Part shown: piece after piece, positions 62,117-64,000 of the stretch | Layout of the letters: every line of letters starts with the position of its first letter | How positions within the stretch are numbered: the first letter of the stretch is position 1 | From: an uncultured delta proteobacterium | GTDB lineage: Bacteria > Desulfobacterota > RBG-13-43-22 | Length of the DNA: 64,000 nt | Direction of reading: 5' to 3' | Assembly (NCBI GenBank): GCA_963711835.1 | Contig: CAVQFQ010000005.1 | Location: forward strand, 224,001 to 288,000 | The notes under the pieces: model-generated | Told to the model about the DNA's origin: nothing | The model's input: only the letters and a program-made list of their open reading frames with translations | Database searches by the model: none | Made by a program: the position numbers and the translations under genes

Positions 62117-62962
62117 CTATTCCTCCAACAGGCAGTTGTCAATCAGACGGGTTTTCCCTACCCAGACCGCCAGGGCCAGCACTCCCCTATCCGTTATCAG
62201 GGGGATATCTTCCAGGGTTTCTGGATGGCAGATTTTAACATACTCAATTCGAGTCCGACCCGCGCCCAGGATGATTTTCCTGACCCGGTTCAGAATAACT
62301 TCAGAATGCGGTTCCCCTTTTTGATAAAGGGCTAGGGCCTCTTGTAAGGCCCTGGATAATGACCGGGCCGAAACTCTTTCCTCCGGCGAAAGATAGATAT
62401 TGCGGGAACTCAGGGCCAGGCCGTCGCTTTCGCGAACCGTGGGCCGTCCCACCACCTCCAGGTCCATGTTCAGGTCCCGGACCATTTGCCGGATGGCAAC
62501 TAATTGCTGAAAGTCTTTTTGTCCGAAGATGGCCAAATGGGGTTTGACGATCTGAAAGAGCTTACAGACCACTGTGGTAACGCCCTGAAAATGACCGGGA
62601 CGGCTGGCCCCGCAGAGGTTTTGGGTGACCTTATTAACCTCCACATAGGTTTGGAAATGATCGGGATAAAGGTCCCTGGCCTCCGGTGAAAAAATGAGGT
62701 CCACCCCGGCCCCCTCGGCCAAGCGGGCATCCCGCTCCGGATCGCGGGGATATTTTTCAAAATCCTCCTGGGGTCCGAATTGAAGGGGATTGACAAAGAG
62801 GCTGATCACCAGCAGATCGGCCTTCTCCCGACCGTATTCCATCAACGTCAGATGCCCTTCATGAAGATAGCCCATGGTAGGAACCAGAGCGATCCTCATC
62901 CCGGCCATCCGGCCGGCCTCAGCCAGCGATTGCATTTCAATAATATCGGTAATCGTTTTCAT
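62117..62962 (-). CDS. panC: pantoate-beta-alanine ligase
   Basis: VPTMGYLHEGH, FVNPLQF, RPGHFQGV, GQKD, GLALSSRN and RLIDN. Confidence 0.97.
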   Translation of the reverse strand: MKTITDIIEMQSLAEAGRMAGMRIALVPTMGYLHEGHLTLMEYGREKADLLVISLFVNPLQFGPQEDFEKYPRDPERDARLAEGAGVDLIFSPEARDLYPDHFQTYVEVNKVTQNLCGASRPGHFQGVTTVVCKLFQIVKPHLAIFGQKDFQQLVAIRQMVRDLNMDLEVVGRPTVRESDGLALSSRNIYLSPEERVSARSLSRALQEALALYQKGEPHSEVILNRVRKIILGAGRTRIEYVKICHPETLEDIPLITDRGVLALAVWVGKTRLIDNCLLEE

Positions 62963-63029
62963 TGAGAAAGCTTAGGGGGATTGACGGCCTTGTTTTTTTA
63001 AGGTATTACGTTACCGAGAGATCGTTAAG

Positions 63030-63908
63030 GTGTCAAGACCTTTGAAGAATCACCCTAAGAAAAAAATTGCAGGCCCTTCCTTGCTCCTGACCAATGACGA
63101 TGGGATATTCGCCAAGGGACTGGAGAGCCTGGTCAAGGCCCTGTCCGGGGAATACAACCTTTGGGTGGTAGCCCCCGAATCGGAACAAAGTGCCGTAGGT
63201 CATGCCCTGACCCTCACCCAACCCTTGCGGGTCAAGAAGATCTTTAAAAACGGAGGTTTTTTCGGTTATGGCGTAAGTGGGACACCGGCCGACTGTGTCA
63301 AGATCGCCTTAAATGAACTGATCTCCCCGCCTCCTGATCTGCTTATCTCCGGGATTAATCTGGGTCCTAATGTGGGCGTCAATGTTATCTATTCGGGAAC
63401 CGTCTCGGCCGCTACCGAAGGGGCCATGATGGGCTTGACTTCCCTGGCTATTTCCATTGATTCCTACCGGACCCGCAACTTCCGGGCCGCCGCCCGGATT
63501 GCCGGCCGGTTGGTGGACCTCCTGCTTCAGGCCCCCCTGCCTTCCGGCGTTTCGCTCAATGTGAATGTCCCGGACCTGCCTCTATCTAAGATCAAAGGGA
63601 TTCGCCTGGTCCGCCAAGGGACCTTCCGCTTCCTGGAGCGCTTCGAGCAACGGATAGATCCCAGAGAGAATATCTATTACTGGCAGGCCGGCATCCTGCC
63701 TCCGCCGGAAGAAGCCCCGGACACGGATCACGCCCTGTTATCGGCCGGATACGTCACCCTGACCCCCATCAGCTATGATTTGACCCATTACCCCTCGCTG
63801 ACCAAATTAAAGTTTTTAGAAAAATCAATGGTCAAGAAAGGGGCCGAAGGTTCGATTCCGCTGCGGCGAAAAGGGCTCAAGCGTTCAATTAAAAAAGGAC
63901 CAAAATAA
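63030..63908 (+). CDS. surE: 5'/3'-nucleotidase SurE
   Basis: LLTNDDG, GTPADCV, SGINLGPN and YSGTVSAA. Confidence 0.95.
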   Translation: MSRPLKNHPKKKIAGPSLLLTNDDGIFAKGLESLVKALSGEYNLWVVAPESEQSAVGHALTLTQPLRVKKIFKNGGFFGYGVSGTPADCVKIALNELISPPPDLLISGINLGPNVGVNVIYSGTVSAATEGAMMGLTSLAISIDSYRTRNFRAAARIAGRLVDLLLQAPLPSGVSLNVNVPDLPLSKIKGIRLVRQGTFRFLERFEQRIDPRENIYYWQAGILPPPEEAPDTDHALLSAGYVTLTPISYDLTHYPSLTKLKFLEKSMVKKGAEGSIPLRRKGLKRSIKKGPK

Positions 63909-63910
63909 AA

Positions 63911-63954
63911 TACCGGACACCCCATGCCTGAAATCAGGCATAGGGTGTCCGGTA
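63911..63954. terminator. long hairpin after surE (terminator or REP-like)
   Basis: taccggacaccccatgcctga-aa-tcaggcatagggtgtccggta. Confidence 0.6.
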
Positions 63955-64000
63955 ACGGGTATCCGGTATCAGGCCCCCTTGGACCCTTGAATCCTTGACC

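Overview
Bacterial chromosome segment, most likely from an anaerobic Desulfobacterota/deltaproteobacterium (inferred from gene content and style). Housekeeping genes: ald, mtgA, ftsY, smc, glyS, glyQ, recO, asnS, a SurA-type PPIase, znuACB, lutABC, fabH, ppdK, ahcY, metK, panC and surE. The window opens in a Liv-type ABC operon with two embedded acyl-CoA ligases; it carries many single-base frameshifts that are probably sequencing errors. There are two accessory patches. The first (about 9.7-16.7 kb) has an attenuator-like leader, an HK/RR/HD-GYP trio, a GIY-YIG gene ending in a decayed attC-like site, an IS91-type transposase scrap and an AtuA pair. The second (about 45.2-49.8 kb) has two secreted beta-helix proteins sharing a C-terminal LPLIL[KR] tail, bracketed by 37-bp palindromic direct repeats. 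Signals the ORF track misses: a UGA-recoded UGSC-family selenoprotein (49789-50325), a MITE with nested 33-bp perfect inverted repeats between glyQ and glyS, a roughly 250-nt highly base-paired intergenic element (36337-36589), and an ino1 plus CDP-alcohol phosphotransferase pair. I saw no rRNA, tRNA or CRISPR array. All calls are by eye, with no database searches.
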